Shown here: in pieces, positions 1-9,810 of the stretch | Layout of the letters: each line of letters starts with the position of its first letter | Position numbering within the stretch: the first letter of the stretch is position 1 | Assembly: GCA_965226885.1 (NCBI GenBank) | Contig: CBDDEL010000012.1 | Coordinates: 160,001-224,000, forward strand | DNA from: Opitutales bacterium | GTDB taxonomy: Bacteria; Verrucomicrobiota; Verrucomicrobiia; Opitutales; UBA2987 | Length of the DNA: 64,000 nucleotides | Direction of reading: 5' to 3' | Made by a program: the position numbers and the translations under genes | Notes under the pieces: model-generated | What the model saw: only the letters and a program-made list of their open reading frames with translations | Told to the model about the DNA's origin: nothing | Database searches by the model: none

Positions 1-221
1 CGCAGTGCCTTGATGGCAAAACTGGCCCGCTGCCGCCGGGCCTTTAGACCCATTGGCGGCCACCCCTCCAAGGCCAGCTCAATGGCCTGCGATTCCACCT
101 CCGAGTCGATCAGCAGCCGATCGATTCGATCAATGGTGGCGCGGAAGTTATCGTAATCGAGGCACCGGTCGACCACAGTTAAAGCTGGACGCAGGAGGCA
201 TTGGATGGCTATATTTTTCAT
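1..221 (-). CDS. Probable transposase, N-terminal part (runs off the window edge)
   Basis: ATG at 221 opens an uninterrupted frame MKNIAIQCLLRPALTVVDRCLDYDNFRATIDRIDRLLIDSEVESQAIELAL..., which resembles N-termini of PVC-group IS transposases I recall; not in the ORF track because it is truncated. Confidence 0.55.
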   Translation of the reverse strand, partial: MKNIAIQCLLRPALTVVDRCLDYDNFRATIDRIDRLLIDSEVESQAIELALEGWPPMGLKARRQRASFAIKAL

Positions 222-361
222 AGAAAGGGCTATATTGATTTTCGCTAACTCAATTATAGAACCCTTTTTTGGCCGGATCGAGCAAAAACTTGCTCTTTCC
301 GGCTCTTTTTATCAACGTCATCCAGTTGACTATAAAATCTTTATATTTTTGGGACAGCCTC
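1..361 (-). mobile_element. Left part of an IS (family uncertain, IS5/IS1182/ISNCY-like end)
   Basis: Minus strand reads GAGGCTGTCCCAAAAA from about 361, an IS-terminus-like sequence about 140 bp upstream of the putative transposase ATG; the other end is outside the window. Confidence 0.45.
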
Positions 362-1858
362 TATTGTAGGAAGAGAAATTTTTTAAAAAAAGTTGCAATA
401 TCGCTGGCTTCGGTATCGGCATTAACTATCTACCTCCTCGGGGACCAGGTAATCTCACGGGATGAAGTGCCAACACCAGTGCTGGATGCCTTTGATCAAC
501 AATATAAAAACGTTGTGGTTCGCGGTTATGGACTCGAGCTCGAAGAGGGTAACACCTACTACGAAATCGAAAGCAACGACGGGGATATCACGCGAGACAT
601 TCTTTATTTAGCTGATGGAACCGTGGTGGAAATTGAAGAAAGCATTGAGAAAAAGGATTTACCACAAGCGGTCATCAAAACTATCAACAAGGAATATTTA
701 GGTGCGGTTATTACAAAAGCTGAATTAGTCACCCGCAACGAGTATACGGGATTTGAGGTAAAATTGACCCACGCGAGTAAATCGATTAGCTTGGATATGA
801 ATTCTCAGGGCGAAATCATCGAACGCAAAGTTAAGTCGGCCATAAAGTCTGGTAATGCTCCGGTTACCTTAAAAGAATTCTTCTTTACCTCCCGCAACGA
901 AGCCGAGGATGTCGATTCCCCGGCGGTCTGGCATGGGCCGAATGGTGAGCACCTCCTTTTCGCGACGGCAAAAGCAAGCCACAGTGTGGGTGTTTACGAT
1001 GCTCAAAACGGCGCTTTTATTCGGCGTCTGGGCGGTCAAGGCCATCTGGCGGGACAATTCAATCGTCCCAACGGAATTTCCGTCGTGGATAACTTGATGC
1101 TGGTTGTGGAGCGTGATAATCGCCGCATCCAAGTGTTCAGTCTGCCGGACATGGTCTCGTTGACTTCTTTTGGTTCTGAAGTTCTGCGCAACCCATACGG
1201 CCTGTTTGTGCAAAAAGAAGATGATGGTGAATACATCGTTTATGTGACGGATAATTACGAAACCGCGGAGGAAGAAGTGCCGCCGCCCGACCAGTTAGGT
1301 GATCGCGTTAGGGTGTTTGAATTGGCAGTCGAGGGCAATGTGGCTGAAGGAGAACTGACAGAAGACAGGCCCAGCAGCATTGGCGCCACTTCGGGAGCGG
1401 GTGTTTTGAACATCGTGGAATCCATTTATGGGGATCCGGCGCACAACCGATTGATGATAGGAGATGAATATATGGATGCTCCCGGCGGCAAAAATATCAA
1501 AGTTTACGATTTTGCGGGAAATTTTACAGGTGAAACCATCGGCGATGGCGTATTTCAATACCAGCCGGAAGGAATTGCCCTCTATTCTTGTGATGACGGT
1601 TCCGGCTACTGGATTTTTACCGACCAGGGAAAAGCGGCCAATTACTTTCACCTCTTTGATCGTCAAACATTAAGTTTCGTGGGCACTTTCGAAGGAGAAG
1701 TCACTTTGAATACGGATGGGGTGTGGTTAAGCCAAAAAGCGCTCCCGAGATTTCCCCAAGGCGTTTTTTACGCAATTGACAACGACGGCAATGTGGCGGC
1801 TTTTTCATGGGCGGAAATTGCCGGCCCCTTAGGTTTGAAAACCGGCTGCATTGAGTAG
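362..1858 (+). CDS. Secreted beta-propeller phytase with N-terminal PepSY-like repeats; start codon uncertain
   Basis: Hydrophobic leader (KKVAISLASVSALTIYLLG), two PepSY-like repeats (EVPTPVLDAF...YYEIE; DLPQAVIKTI...FEVKL), phytase motifs DVDSPAVW, QPEGIALY, GYWIFTDQG, TLNTDGV, FPQGVFYA; the track's TTG at 269 lies inside the putative IS. Confidence 0.75.
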   Translation, partial: YCRKRNFLKKVAISLASVSALTIYLLGDQVISRDEVPTPVLDAFDQQYKNVVVRGYGLELEEGNTYYEIESNDGDITRDILYLADGTVVEIEESIEKKDLPQAVIKTINKEYLGAVITKAELVTRNEYTGFEVKLTHASKSISLDMNSQGEIIERKVKSAIKSGNAPVTLKEFFFTSRNEAEDVDSPAVWHGPNGEHLLFATAKASHSVGVYDAQNGAFIRRLGGQGHLAGQFNRPNGISVVDNLMLVVERDNRRIQVFSLPDMVSLTSFGSEVLRNPYGLFVQKEDDGEYIVYVTDNYETAEEEVPPPDQLGDRVRVFELAVEGNVAEGELTEDRPSSIGATSGAGVLNIVESIYGDPAHNRLMIGDEYMDAPGGKNIKVYDFAGNFTGETIGDGVFQYQPEGIALYSCDDGSGYWIFTDQGKAANYFHLFDRQTLSFVGTFEGEVTLNTDGVWLSQKALPRFPQGVFYAIDNDGNVAAFSWAEIAGPLGLKTGCIE

Positions 1859-1891
1859 CAATTCAAAAATTTTCATGTTACATTAGTTTTC

Positions 1892-2746
1892 ATGAAATTA
1901 GAGGATTCAGTAATCACTCGGCACCGAGAAGGGTTTTTACGTGGCTACACGGCAATAACACGGGGCGGTGAACCCGATCCTGAAGGCGGCTTCGATACCG
2001 GCATCGACTTCGGGATATACCGCCAGGAGCAAGGTGAAATCATTGAGGAGGCACATCCCAAGGAATCCGTCTGGGTTCTGATGAATGGTAAGGTGGAGGT
2101 TTCTTTAAACGGCCAAACCCATGTTATCGAGCGCCAATCGATTTTCAACGATCCCCCTTCGGCAATCCACCTCCAGCCGAACCCCCCCACTCCGGTTCGC
2201 CTGAATCCATTAAGCGATCAGGTAGAATGGGCCGTAGCGCGGACACCAAATGATCGAACGGTGCAGTCCCGACTTTATACGCCCCGAGAACTTGAACCCG
2301 AATACCGTGGCGATGGATTGGTCCAGGGGGCTTGCCTTCGCAATGTCAGGTTGATCTTCGATTACGAGACTCGCAAGGACTCCAATCTGGTAATTGGCGA
2401 AGTAGTCAATTATCCCGGCAAGTGGTCAAGCTACCCGCCACACCATCATGCACAGCCGGAAATTTATCATTATCGCTTTACAAAGCCGCAAGGCTATGGA
2501 CATGCCGAGTTGGGTGATCGTGTATTCAAGGTCAAACAAAACGATACGGTCTTGATATCCGATGGACTTGACCACGCCCAGGTATCCGCGCCCGGTTATG
2601 GCATGTATTACCTCTGGATTATACGGCATCTACCCGAAAATCCCTACACCGGGTTCGTATTTACAAAGGACCATGAATGGACACTCAACCCGAATGATCA
2701 GGGTTGGGAACCAAAGGATTATAAAGGAAATGGAGGTCCCCAATGA
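1892..2746 (+). CDS. iolB: 5-deoxy-glucuronate isomerase
   Basis: LVIGEVV-PGKWSSYPPHHH-EIYHY and PGYGMYYLW motifs; overlaps iolD start. Confidence 0.88.
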   Translation: MKLEDSVITRHREGFLRGYTAITRGGEPDPEGGFDTGIDFGIYRQEQGEIIEEAHPKESVWVLMNGKVEVSLNGQTHVIERQSIFNDPPSAIHLQPNPPTPVRLNPLSDQVEWAVARTPNDRTVQSRLYTPRELEPEYRGDGLVQGACLRNVRLIFDYETRKDSNLVIGEVVNYPGKWSSYPPHHHAQPEIYHYRFTKPQGYGHAELGDRVFKVKQNDTVLISDGLDHAQVSAPGYGMYYLWIIRHLPENPYTGFVFTKDHEWTLNPNDQGWEPKDYKGNGGPQ

Positions 2747-4611
2747 GGACACGGCGTCTTTCCATGGCGGCGGCCATAGTCAACTTTCTCAAGAATCAGT
2801 ATACCTCCCGCGATGGCGTCGAGCACAGGCTCATTAATGGGGTTTTCGGTATTTTCGGTCATGGCAATGTAACCGGTTTAGGACAGGCCCTCGAGGAATA
2901 CGGTCGCAGCGATCTTCCCCATTTTCAGCCAAAAAACGAGCAGGCCATGGTCCACACAGCAATCGCCTACGCGAAAACAAAAAAACGTCTGGGAGCGCTA
3001 GCCTGCACCTCCTCTATCGGTCCTGGGGCGACAAACATGATCACGGGCGCGGCCACCGCAACCGTTAACCGTCTCCCGGTTCTCCTTCTTCCAGGCGATA
3101 TATTTGCCAACCGCATACCAGCACCGGTACTTCAGCAATTGGAAGCTCCCCACAGCCAGGATATCAGCGTTAATGATTGCTTCAAGCCAGTCTCTAAATA
3201 CTGGGACCGTATGAACCGTCCCGAACAGATACTTACCGCACTGCCCGAAGCCATGCGGGTTTTGGCCGATCCTGCGGAAACAGGCGCCGTCACCATTGCC
3301 ATGCCCGAAGATGTTCAGGCTGAGAGCTATGACTATCCACTTAATTTTTTTGAAAAACGCGTTTATGCGGTGGAGCGAAACTGCTGTTCTCAAAACTCTC
3401 TCCGGGCCGCTTGCGATCTTATCAAAGCTTCCACAAAACCATTGATTATCGCCGGTGGCGGAGTCCATTATTCGGAAGCCTGCCAAGCTCTCGAAAATTT
3501 CGTAAAAAAGAACGGAATACCTGTAGTCGTAACACAAGCAGGCAAAGGCGCTTTGCTTGACGACAATCCTGCCTGCCTGGGCGCGTTAGGAGTCACGGGT
3601 AATTCCGCCGCCAACCAAGCAGCCGCGCAAGCGGATTTTATTCTGACAATCGGAACCCGTCTGGCCGATTTCACAACCGCCTCCAAAACATTGTTTCAAA
3701 ATACGGCGGTTCGATTTGCCGGAATTAATGTCAACGCCTACGATGCCCATAAGCATGGCGCTCTGCCTTTAGTCGGAGATGCCCGTTCAATCATCGAAGC
3801 CCTTTCCGAAATGCTCGATGGGTATTCCATCTCCAGCCAGTGGCGCGACCTGAATGTGAATGCCAAAGCGATTTGGGAAACGCAATACAAGGAGATCGTT
3901 TACTCCGCGAACAAAGGCAGGAAACTTTTCCAGAGCGAAGTCATTCGCATCCTCAATGATCATTGTAATGAAAATTCAACCGTAGTGCACGCCGCGGGCG
4001 GCATTCCCGGCGATATCCACAAACTCTGGAAATCGAGGGATTATAACGATTATCATTCCGAATACGGTTATTCCTGCATGGGTTATGAGATTGCCGGAGC
4101 GCTAGGTGTGAAAATGGCCGATCCCGAGCGCGAGGTCTTTGCCTTCCTCGGCGATGGCAGCTACTTGATGCTAAACCATGAGATCGTTACTTCGATCCAG
4201 GAAGGACTTAAAATTACCATCGTCCTGAACGACAATCATGGCTATCAATGCATACATGGGCTGCAGCGGTCCTGTGGAGGCAAAAGCTTCGGAAACGAAT
4301 TCCGTCGCCGCACTGAAGAAAATCGACGGCTGGAAGGTGAGGATGTCGATATCGACTTCATGGCTAACGCCAAAAGCCTGGGCGCGACCGTTTTTAAAGC
4401 GGAGGATGAATCGTCTCTGTTGGAAGCCCTCAAGGCGGCCCGTAAAGAAAAAAGGACTTCCCTTATTTATATCCCTGTAGATGCGAATTCCAACATACCC
4501 GGCTACTCCTGGTGGGACGTGCCGATGTCGGATTCTTCAGAAAATCCAAATGTAATGGAAGCTCGCAAAGCTTATAAGGAAGCCAAAAGTAAACAACGGT
4601 TTTATTTCTAA
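2743..4611 (+). CDS. iolD: 3D-(3,5/4)-trihydroxycyclohexane-1,2-dione acylhydrolase
   Basis: GIFGHGNV, TSSIGPGATNM, LPGDIFA, EYGYSCMGYEIAG, GDGSYLM, WWDVP motifs. Confidence 0.95.
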   Translation: MRTRRLSMAAAIVNFLKNQYTSRDGVEHRLINGVFGIFGHGNVTGLGQALEEYGRSDLPHFQPKNEQAMVHTAIAYAKTKKRLGALACTSSIGPGATNMITGAATATVNRLPVLLLPGDIFANRIPAPVLQQLEAPHSQDISVNDCFKPVSKYWDRMNRPEQILTALPEAMRVLADPAETGAVTIAMPEDVQAESYDYPLNFFEKRVYAVERNCCSQNSLRAACDLIKASTKPLIIAGGGVHYSEACQALENFVKKNGIPVVVTQAGKGALLDDNPACLGALGVTGNSAANQAAAQADFILTIGTRLADFTTASKTLFQNTAVRFAGINVNAYDAHKHGALPLVGDARSIIEALSEMLDGYSISSQWRDLNVNAKAIWETQYKEIVYSANKGRKLFQSEVIRILNDHCNENSTVVHAAGGIPGDIHKLWKSRDYNDYHSEYGYSCMGYEIAGALGVKMADPEREVFAFLGDGSYLMLNHEIVTSIQEGLKITIVLNDNHGYQCIHGLQRSCGGKSFGNEFRRRTEENRRLEGEDVDIDFMANAKSLGATVFKAEDESSLLEALKAARKEKRTSLIYIPVDANSNIPGYSWWDVPMSDSSENPNVMEARKAYKEAKSKQRFYF

Positions 4612-4619
4612 AAACTATC

Positions 4620-5627
4620 ATGTCTGAAATCAGTTTATCTCAATCAAAAATGCAAATCATGTCCGGCCTAGGGGCGGATTGGTGGAACGACTCCTGCGCA
4701 ACCGATGAACTCTCCCACGCCGTGCAGGAGGGCGCGGTGGGAGCCACCTCTAATCCCGTCATTGTCAGCGCCGCAGTCAAAAGCCAAGAGGATTTATGGC
4801 TGCCCGTGCTGGACAAAATCATACGGGATAATCCATCCGACACAGAAGATGATATTGCCTGGAAACTCATCGCCACCATCGGCAAGGAAGCCGCCAAATT
4901 GCTCTATCCGGTTTATGAAAGGACCAACGGTGAAAAAGGTTATCTTTCCATGCAAGTGAATCCCAAGTTTTATCCCGACAAGGACCTTATGGTCAACCAG
5001 GCGAAATATCTCTCATCGCTCGCGCCCAATATAGCGATCAAGGCGCCGGCAACGCAAACCGGGATTGCCGCGATTGAAGAAATGACGTCTCAGGGAATAC
5101 GGGTCAATGCCACCGTAAGCTTCTCCGTTTCCCAGGCAGTGGCTGCGGCTGAAGCAATGGAGAGAGGAATTAAGCAAGCAAAAAATAACGGGATTGAGAC
5201 TGAGAATATTCACCCCTATGTTACCATTATGGTGGGTCGTGTTGACGACCAGTTACGCCGTGTGCGGGAGAGTGAAAAAATCGATATCGATGCAGGTTTC
5301 ATCGATTGGGCCGGCGTGGCCGTCTTTAAAAAAGCCCACCAGGTATTCAAACCAAGAGGCTACCGGGGCAAGTTGCTCGCGGCCGCTTATCGCAATAATC
5401 TGCAATGGTCGGAACTGATCGACGCCGATGTCCTGCAAACAATACCCTATGCCTGGTGGAACCGATTCAACGACTCGGCCATAACGCCGCATCTCAGTAT
5501 TGAGGAACCTGTCGATGAAATGATTTTAAGTGAGCTTTATGAGAAATTCAGTGATTTTCGCAAAGCTTTTGATGAAGATGGTATGGAACCGGAAGAGTTT
5601 ATCCATTACGATTGGGTAGTGTATTAA
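4620..5627 (+). CDS. Transaldolase-family protein, C-terminus probably truncated by IS1
   Basis: [19 protein letters not shown] (Schiff-base Lys), NATVSF, MVGRVDD; the last codons and the stop lie inside the IS1 end starting at 5615. Confidence 0.8.
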   Translation: MSEISLSQSKMQIMSGLGADWWNDSCATDELSHAVQEGAVGATSNPVIVSAAVKSQEDLWLPVLDKIIRDNPSDTEDDIAWKLIATIGKEAAKLLYPVYERTNGEKGYLSMQVNPKFYPDKDLMVNQAKYLSSLAPNIAIKAPATQTGIAAIEEMTSQGIRVNATVSFSVSQAVAAAEAMERGIKQAKNNGIETENIHPYVTIMVGRVDDQLRRVRESEKIDIDAGFIDWAGVAVFKKAHQVFKPRGYRGKLLAAAYRNNLQWSELIDADVLQTIPYAWWNRFNDSAITPHLSIEEPVDEMILSELYEKFSDFRKAFDEDGMEPEEFIHYDWVVY

Positions 5628-6418
5628 GTAGGAATGGTGGCTAATTCTTGATTATATTGATGAATGAAAAGTCTCAGACAGGTTTCATGCATACTCTTAA
5701 GCTTGGAAAAGGAGAGGGTTTTGCGTGTGAAACGACCCAGTCGTTGGCGCAGGGTATTGTTCCATCGTTCCACATGGGCCGTTTCACCGGTTTCTCTTTT
5801 CCCACGGATCGGTTATGAGGAAAGACTTCATCATAAGTGCTCCAAAAGTCGCTGTAGGTGGCACATCTTTTGTAGGCCCGTGGCAGACGCTCGTAAAGTT
5901 CCCGGCAACGATACCAATCCCGAGGCCCAATGGCATAGGAGAGGATTTGACGGGTGCGTCGGCAAAGAGCGATCCAAACCCATTGGGCATCGCTCTTGCG
6001 CCCCACAAAAGACCACAGTTCGTCCAGTTCAATGACATCATGGCGGCGGGCCGCAAGAATCGTGCTTTTGAGCGGTCGCAGCGATTGTCGTTTTTTTTAA
6101 CCAACTCAAAACGGTGTTGGGACTCACCCCGAAGGCGCGCTGTAAACCGCGTAGACTGCTGCGTTCCTGATAGACTCGAAGGATCATTTCTTTTTGCTCT
6201 TCGGTGTATTTCACTGTGGGGTTTTCGCGGCTTTGTTTACCACAATCATGGCAGCGGTAGCGCTGTTTATGGTTGGGCGTCTTGCCAAATTTAATGATAT
6301 TTTCACTTCCACAGTGCCGACAATTAATAATTTTAGTAACCATGCACTAAGAATAAACTGCCTAACGCTATTTGTACAGCTAAAAATACAAAATAACATT
6401 CTTTTTTTATACACTACC
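5615..6418 (-). mobile_element. IS1-family element, no target-site duplication
   Basis: Terminal inverted repeat GGTAGTGTAT (5615) / ATACACTACC (6409-6418); insA- and insB-like coding inside. Confidence 0.9.
5625..6343 (-). pseudogene. IS1 transposase (InsA zinc finger/HTH + InsB DDE), frameshifted
   Basis: CRHCGS...RYRCHDC zinc finger; then ELDELWSFVG...WVWIALCR...YSDFW; frame change at the A8 run (6091-6098) and an extra 2 bp near 5793 before [18 protein letters not shown]. Confidence 0.85.
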
Positions 6419-6838
6419 ATCGTTTCCAATGATGATTCCATTTTAACGGCAAAAGTTATAGATCTTTATATTGAAGATCATGGGGTTGCAGCAGAAGATC
6501 AGGTAGGAATCCACTTTAACGATTATGATGGGGCATTCGCTGGTTCAGCTGATAGCGCACATTTGGATGTCGTTTTTGATCGCTATGTCTATCGGAACCC
6601 AAGCGGAGGCCTTGGGACCTTCCAGGATCAGCCATTTCAAGTCGCCTTAGATGCGAAAGCGGTTGGTGCCTCAATACGATTTGAAGCGAAGAACTGTGAC
6701 TTTAAAGATGCGTCTGGCCCCAACTTTCTTTTATCGTCCTATTATTCCAGTGTGGTGTAAACGCCGGGGAAAAACCGGTACGGTAAAGAGGGCGCTTTAA
6801 AACCGGTACGCTTATTACGCTTATCCTAGAAAGGAGGA

Positions 6839-8344
6839 GTGTATCGAGATATGAAGCAATGGACAAGAGTGCGGCACAAAGTGCTGCGGGACAAGCAGAG
6901 CAAGCGCTCTGTAATGCGAGAAGAGGGACTGCACTGGGAGACCCTGGGAAAGATGCTGGCCTATTCCCAGCCGCCGGGATACCGGCGCAAGAAGAGGCGA
7001 GAGCGCAAGATCGATCCGTATGTGGGCTGGATCGAGGAGGTGCTCAAAGCGGACCGGAACGTGCCCAAGAAGCAGCGCCATACGGCCAAACGGATCTACC
7101 AGCGTTTGGGTCGGGAGAAGGGCTACCAAGGGGGCTACACGGCGGTCAAGGAGGTGGTGGCCGAGCTGCGAGCGAGGCGGCGGGAAGTGTTCGTGCCGCT
7201 GGAGCACCGCCCCGGGGAGGGACAGGTGGACTTCGGTCATGCCCTGGTGAAGGAGGCGGGGCAATTGCGTAGGCGGCCATTTTTTGCCATGAGCCTGCCC
7301 TACAGCGATGCCTTTTTCGTGCAGGTGTTCGAACGGGAGTGCACGGAGAGCTTCTGGGAGGGGCACCTGCGAGCTTTTGAGTTTTTCGGGGCGGTGCCCC
7401 GGCGCATCAGCTATGACAACTCGAAGGTGGCGGTGGGTAAGATTATCGGTTCGCGTGAACGCAAGCTGACCGACGGGTTTCTGCAGCTACAGAGCCATTA
7501 CCTGTTCGAGGAACACTTCTGTCTGCCCGCCCGGCCCAACGAGAAGGGCGTGGTCGAGGGGATCGTGCGTTATGCCCGGGCCAACTTCCTGGTACCGGTA
7601 CCGCAGGTTCGGGACCTGGAGGAACTCAACGCAAAGCTGTTGGAGGCATGTGAGCGGGACATGGAGCGTAAATTACGCGGGAAAAGGGCGGTGAAAAAGG
7701 AACTGCTGGCCGAGGAGCGCGCCGTCATGCTGGCGTTGCCGCCCATACCCTTTGAAGCGAGCCGCAAACGCTCGACCTGCGTCAGCAGCCTCTCGCTGGT
7801 GCGCTTCGAGTGCAACGACTATTCGGTGCCGGTGCGCTGCGCCCACCATCCGGTGGTGGTGGAAGGGTCCTGTCGGCAGGTGGTGATCTTCTGTGGGGGC
7901 CAAGAGGTGGCCCGGCACCGCCGCATTTGGGATAAAGAGCAAGTCTCTTTCGAGCCGGTGCACTACCTGGCTTTGCTGGAGAAAAAACCGGGCGCTTTGG
8001 ACTTCGCCCGCCCACTCTCGGGCTGGCAGTTGCCGCAGTGCCTGCAGGTCCTCAGACGCCGGCTCGAAAGCCAATGCGGGGGCGAAGGCACCCGGGAGTA
8101 TATCCGGGTGCTGCGGCTGTTGGAGAAACACCCCATGGCGGCCTTGCAGCAGGCCGTCGTCTCGGCCCTGCGGGTGGGGGGACTGACTCGTGAGGCCATC
8201 GCCCAGTATCTCTATCCTCAGGAAGACTACGGGAGCAGAACCTTCCGGCTGGACGGCCATCCACACCTGCGTCACGTCCGTGTGGCCGCCCCTGACCTCG
8301 GTGCCTACAGCGAACTGCTCAAGATTCCAGGAGGGGCTTTATGA
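6839..8344 (+). CDS. istA: IS21 transposase
   Basis: QRHTAKRI, GQVDFG, YDN, EKGVVE, NDYSVP motifs. Confidence 0.95.
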   Translation: MYRDMKQWTRVRHKVLRDKQSKRSVMREEGLHWETLGKMLAYSQPPGYRRKKRRERKIDPYVGWIEEVLKADRNVPKKQRHTAKRIYQRLGREKGYQGGYTAVKEVVAELRARRREVFVPLEHRPGEGQVDFGHALVKEAGQLRRRPFFAMSLPYSDAFFVQVFERECTESFWEGHLRAFEFFGAVPRRISYDNSKVAVGKIIGSRERKLTDGFLQLQSHYLFEEHFCLPARPNEKGVVEGIVRYARANFLVPVPQVRDLEELNAKLLEACERDMERKLRGKRAVKKELLAEERAVMLALPPIPFEASRKRSTCVSSLSLVRFECNDYSVPVRCAHHPVVVEGSCRQVVIFCGGQEVARHRRIWDKEQVSFEPVHYLALLEKKPGALDFARPLSGWQLPQCLQVLRRRLESQCGGEGTREYIRVLRLLEKHPMAALQQAVVSALRVGGLTREAIAQYLYPQEDYGSRTFRLDGHPHLRHVRVAAPDLGAYSELLKIPGGAL

Positions 8345-9108
8345 AGGAAGAAAAAAACCAGCTGCTGTTACACCATCACCTCAAGAAACTGAAGTTGCCC
8401 ACCATCCTGCGCGAATGGCCGGCGGTGGCCGCGGCTTGTTCCCGGGACCGGCTCGATTACGCCGCCTTTTTGTTGCATCTGGTCGAACGGGAGCTCATTG
8501 AACGCGAACAGCGGGCCGCCCAGCGGCGGATCAAAAACGCCCGTTTCCCCGTGCTCAAGACCCTCGAGAGCTTCGCCTTTGAAGCGCAGCCCTCGATCAA
8601 CGAAGCGCTCATCCGAGAGCTCATGCGCGGGGAGTATGTCGACCAGCGCGAAAACGTGCTGCTCCTCGGTAACGCCGGTACCGGTAAAACGCACCTGGCC
8701 ACCGCCCTGGGCTTTGCCGCCTGTGCCCAGGGCCGGCGGATCCGTTTCTTCGGGGTCACCGCCCTGGTTACCCATATGCTCGAGCAACGCGACAACCACG
8801 ACCTGCAGCGCTTCATGAAGCAACTCGAAAGGCTCGACCGACTCATCCTCGACGAACTCGGTTACGTCCCTTTTTCCAAGACCGGTTCCGAACTGCTCTT
8901 CGACGTGGTCAGCCGCGCTTACGAGCGCACCAGTCTCATCGTCACCACCAACCTGCCCTTTGAGAACTGGATCGAAGTGCTCGGTTCCGAACGGCTCACC
9001 GGAGCTCTGCTGGACCGACTCACCCATCGGGTGCATATCCTCGAAGCCAACGGGCAAAGCTACCGCTTGCGCGATGCTCGACGCCGTCGCCGTGGCACAA
9101 AACAATAA
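8341..9108 (+). CDS. istB: IS21 helper ATPase
   Basis: Walker A GNAGTGKT, LILDELGY, TTNLPF, ALLDRLTH. Confidence 0.96.
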   Translation: MKEEKNQLLLHHHLKKLKLPTILREWPAVAAACSRDRLDYAAFLLHLVERELIEREQRAAQRRIKNARFPVLKTLESFAFEAQPSINEALIRELMRGEYVDQRENVLLLGNAGTGKTHLATALGFAACAQGRRIRFFGVTALVTHMLEQRDNHDLQRFMKQLERLDRLILDELGYVPFSKTGSELLFDVVSRAYERTSLIVTTNLPFENWIEVLGSERLTGALLDRLTHRVHILEANGQSYRLRDARRRRRGTKQ

Positions 9109-9810
9109 ACGCCTTGGGCCCGGCTCGTCGGCCTCCGGCCTCCTCACCGACCCCAAGCCAATCCCCAAAACCAACTCCCAAACCCTAAACCTTGACGTAC
9201 CTGCAATTACTAACCTAAACCTTATTCCAAGCGTACCGGTTTTACCCCGACCCCCGTACCGGTTTCATCCCGGCGTTTACAGTGTGGATACCACGGAAGA
9301 ATACATCCTTAAAAATAACAAAGGGGACGGGGGTAACGATGGAGTTATTGTACAAACAAATTTGTTCTCTTTAGGTGTTAGTGTAGGGGTAAATGTAAGC
9401 CTGGATATGTCTGGAAACGTATTTACTAATATTTCTCGATTTGGTGTTTTCATTAACCAGGGTCAAGCGGTTAAAGATCAGCTAGACATCAAAATCGAAG
9501 ATAATGTGCTTGTAGGTGCACCAGGTAGTATCTCTGGAATCCGAGTGTTTGAACAACCTGGCGGTGTCACGCTTGCCTCTTCAATGGATGCGGGTGGTGG
9601 AGCTCTCGGTAGTGAAGGAAATAATTCTATTGCGTGCTTTGCATTCGATCTTAGCGCAGATGGGCCTTATGACCTTGTTGCAGAAAACAATTGGTATGGC
9701 AGTCCTGCAGGACCAATTGCGATTTTAGAATTAAACGGTGGTACAGTAGATTTTGAGCCTTTTTTAACGGAAGACCCAGCATTGATTGAAGATGAAGATG
9801 ACGATTAATA

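Larger units (their letters stand above)
6756..9281 (+). mobile_element. IS21-family element, apparently intact
   Basis: TGTAAACGCCGGG...CCCGGCGTTTACA termini, internal AAACCGGTACG repeats at both ends, 6-bp TSD GTGTGG (6750-6755, 9282-9287). Confidence 0.96.
6419..9808 (+). pseudogene. Parallel beta-helix-type secreted protein, 5' end missing, interrupted by IS21 (pieces 6419-6755 and 9288-9808)
   Basis: Removing IS21 and one TSD copy rejoins YYSSV|DTTEEYILKNN in frame; the C-terminus AENNWYGSPAGP...VDFEPFLTED is typical of beta-helix repeat proteins. Confidence 0.7.

Noticed and set aside
6194..6418. N-terminal part of ORF 6194-6760
   Set aside because: Antisense to IS1 insA; the real host fragment begins at 6419
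8960..9287. N-terminal part of the 282-aa ORF 8960-9808
   Set aside because: Read-through from IS21 sequence; only 9288 onward belongs to the interrupted host gene
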